Source: Betaproteobacteria bacterium | Lineage (GTDB): Bacteria > Pseudomonadota > Gammaproteobacteria > Burkholderiales > Ga0077523 | Assembly: GCA_016125475.1 (NCBI GenBank) | Contig: WGLR01000008.1 | Span: 137,723-201,722 of the forward strand | Length of the DNA stretch: 64,000 nucleotides | Direction of reading: 5' to 3' | Translations under genes and position numbers: made by a program | Part shown: positions 62,246-64,000 of the stretch, in pieces | Layout of the letters: each line of letters opens with the position of its first letter | Position numbering within the stretch: position 1 is the first letter of the stretch | The notes under the pieces: generated by a model | Database searches by the model: none | What the model was told of the DNA's origin: nothing | Seen by the model: the letters and a program-made list of their open reading frames with translations, nothing else

Positions 62246-64000
62246 ATGAGCGTCAGCCCCACCATCGCCGACACCCTGCCAGGGCTCCTGGCGTACCGGC
62301 AGCGACAGAGCCCCGACCTGCCGGCATACCGCGAATGGACGGGCCCCGGCGTCACGGGCGACACCTGGACCTGGGGCCGGTTCGGCTCCGCGGTCTCCCT
62401 GCTGGCAGCGCGGATGGCAGGCGCCGGCCTCCGGCCAGGCGATCGTCTCGGAATCCTTTCTCCCACCAGCATGAGGTGGGAACTGGTTCAGATGGCGGCC
62501 CTCGCGTGCGGCGCCTCGGTGGTGGGCCTTGACCCGCATCATCCGGCCGAGACGGTGACCAGATTGATCGAAAACACGGAAACCAGGTGGCTCGCCGTCG
62601 ATCGCGAGGAAAGGATTGCCGGCATCGGCGCGCGCGCACTCGGTGCGCTGGAGGGCGTCGTGCTGCTCGCAGGCGACACCACCCGGACCTGGCCCGCCCC
62701 AACCGTTCGCGTCGAGGAAATCGTGGCACGGCCCCATGACAGTTCGGGCCCGGCGACGCCAGGCATCGAGAACCATTCCAGGCCGGACGGCGCGGCACTC
62801 GTGACGTTTTCCTCGGGTACCACGGGAACGCCCAAGCCGATCGAATACACGCACGCGCAGGTGCTCCATGCGGTGCAGTGCATCGTCGAAAGCTTTCCCC
62901 GCCTCGCTTCTCCGGCACAGTTGCTCTGCTGGCTACCGCTCGCAAACCTGTTTCAGCGCATGATCGACTTCTGCGCGATGGCGCGAGGGGATTGCAGCTG
63001 GATGGTGGGTGATCCCCGGGCAGTGATGGATGCAGTCAGGGATGCAGATCCGCATCTGTTCGTCGGCGTGCCCCGTTTCTTCGAGCGCGTTCATGCCGGT
63101 GCTTCGGAGCGAATCGCGCAACTGCCGGGACCGGCAGGATGGTTCACTCGCCGTTGCGTCGCGAAGATCGTCGGAAAGGCGCACCGTCGCCGGCTCGCCG
63201 GCCAGACGTCCCCGAGGAACACCTGGATCGAGAATGCCGTGGCCAGTCGGCTTCGCGAGCTCTTCGGGCGGAACATCCAGTATCTGGTCAGTGGGTCCGC
63301 CCCGCTCGCTCCCGCGATTCACGATTTTTTCGACGCGATCGGCATTCCCGTTTACGAGGCGTATGGCGTCAGCGAAAACGTCGTCCCGATCGCGCTCAAC
63401 CGCCCAGGCGCGCGACGCCCCGGCTCCGTGGGGCGGCCGGTGTCGCGCAACGAGGTGAGCCTCTCCGCGGAAGGGGAGATCATGGTGCGGGGACCCGGCG
63501 TCTTTTCCGGCTATCTGGGCACGGAAGGCACGGCACCGAAACCCGACGCATCGGGTTACTGGGCCACCGGGGATCTCGGCGCTTTCGACGACGACGGGTA
63601 TCTGTACGTCAAGGGACGCAAGTCGGACGAATTCAAGCTGTCGACCGGCCGGTGGGTCTCGCCTCCGGCGATCGAGCGTCATCTGGCCGGCCTGCATTTC
63701 GTGGATCACGCCGTGATCGGGGGCGAATCCCGCAAGGCGGTGATCGCGTTGCTGGTACTTTCCGGAGACCACGATTGGTCGCGCACGTCCCGGAGCGACA
63801 TGGAACGGCAGCTGGCGCAGTCCCTGCGGGAACTCGCAGGGGACTTGCCCTCCTATCAGGTCCCGGCAGGTATCCTTCTCAGACGCGAGCCGCTTTCCAT
63901 TGCGGATGGCGAACTGACCACGAACCTGAAGGTACGTCGAAGGGCGATCTGGGACAGGCACCAGGCCGACACGGATGCACTCTATGACCGAATCGACAAG
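62246..64000 (+). CDS. AMP-dependent long-chain acyl-CoA synthetase/ligase (3' end beyond window)
   Basis: It is absent from the ORF track because it has no stop in the window. I translated it manually from ATG 62246, and the frame stays open for 585 codons to the edge. Motifs include TFSSGTTGTPKP, YGVSEN, GDLGAFDDDGYLYVKGRKSDEFKLSTGRWV and TTNLKVRRR. Confidence 0.88.
   Translation, partial: MSVSPTIADTLPGLLAYRQRQSPDLPAYREWTGPGVTGDTWTWGRFGSAVSLLAARMAGAGLRPGDRLGILSPTSMRWELVQMAALACGASVVGLDPHHPAETVTRLIENTETRWLAVDREERIAGIGARALGALEGVVLLAGDTTRTWPAPTVRVEEIVARPHDSSGPATPGIENHSRPDGAALVTFSSGTTGTPKPIEYTHAQVLHAVQCIVESFPRLASPAQLLCWLPLANLFQRMIDFCAMARGDCSWMVGDPRAVMDAVRDADPHLFVGVPRFFERVHAGASERIAQLPGPAGWFTRRCVAKIVGKAHRRRLAGQTSPRNTWIENAVASRLRELFGRNIQYLVSGSAPLAPAIHDFFDAIGIPVYEAYGVSENVVPIALNRPGARRPGSVGRPVSRNEVSLSAEGEIMVRGPGVFSGYLGTEGTAPKPDASGYWATGDLGAFDDDGYLYVKGRKSDEFKLSTGRWVSPPAIERHLAGLHFVDHAVIGGESRKAVIALLVLSGDHDWSRTSRSDMERQLAQSLRELAGDLPSYQVPAGILLRREPLSIADGELTTNLKVRRRAIWDRHQADTDALYDRIDK

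Noticed and set aside
62246-64000. Assigning the acyl-CoA synthetase to the exosortase-A-associated acyl-CoA ligase family because of the neighbouring PEP-CTERM gene
   Set aside because: Its length (at least 585 aa) and the TTNLKVRRR tail look like FAA1/FadD15-type long-chain ligases. No exosortase locus genes are present, and this cannot be supported without a profile search.

Overview
High-GC proteobacterial chromosomal segment. Its synteny blocks are typical of Betaproteobacteria: tolC-rhodanese-pcm, glnA-ntrBC, yqgE-ruvX-pyrR-pyrB-pyrC', lptGF<>pepA-holC-valS, rpe-gph-trpEGDC and miaB-phoH-ybeY-corC-lnt. I call about 60 protein genes, two of them cut by the window edges and missing from the ORF track. 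I also call one tRNA (anticodon CAT), a TPP riboswitch ahead of thiD-thiC, three sigma54-type promoters (glnA, ntrB, a PEP-CTERM gene), tandem NtrC-type sites and several intrinsic terminators. Positions 1-52.6 kb are densely packed housekeeping genes: LPS core, thiamine, nitrogen control, pyrimidine, Lpt, tryptophan and lipoprotein maturation. The last ~11 kb (52.8-64 kb) looks accessory and is the most interesting part. It holds a five-gene Lol-pathway look-alike with no membrane-fusion protein: a LolA-fold periplasmic carrier with a twin-arginine-like signal, a LolD-like ATPase, a dedicated OM beta-barrel inside the operon, and two LolC/E-type FtsX permeases. Next come a sigma54-driven PEP-CTERM surface protein, a VAO/PCMH-type flavoprotein and a long-chain acyl-CoA synthetase. 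I saw no transposase, integrase, CRISPR array or rRNA. Most long ORFs in the track that lie antisense to these genes are high-GC shadow ORFs. All family assignments come from reading motifs by eye; no database search was run.
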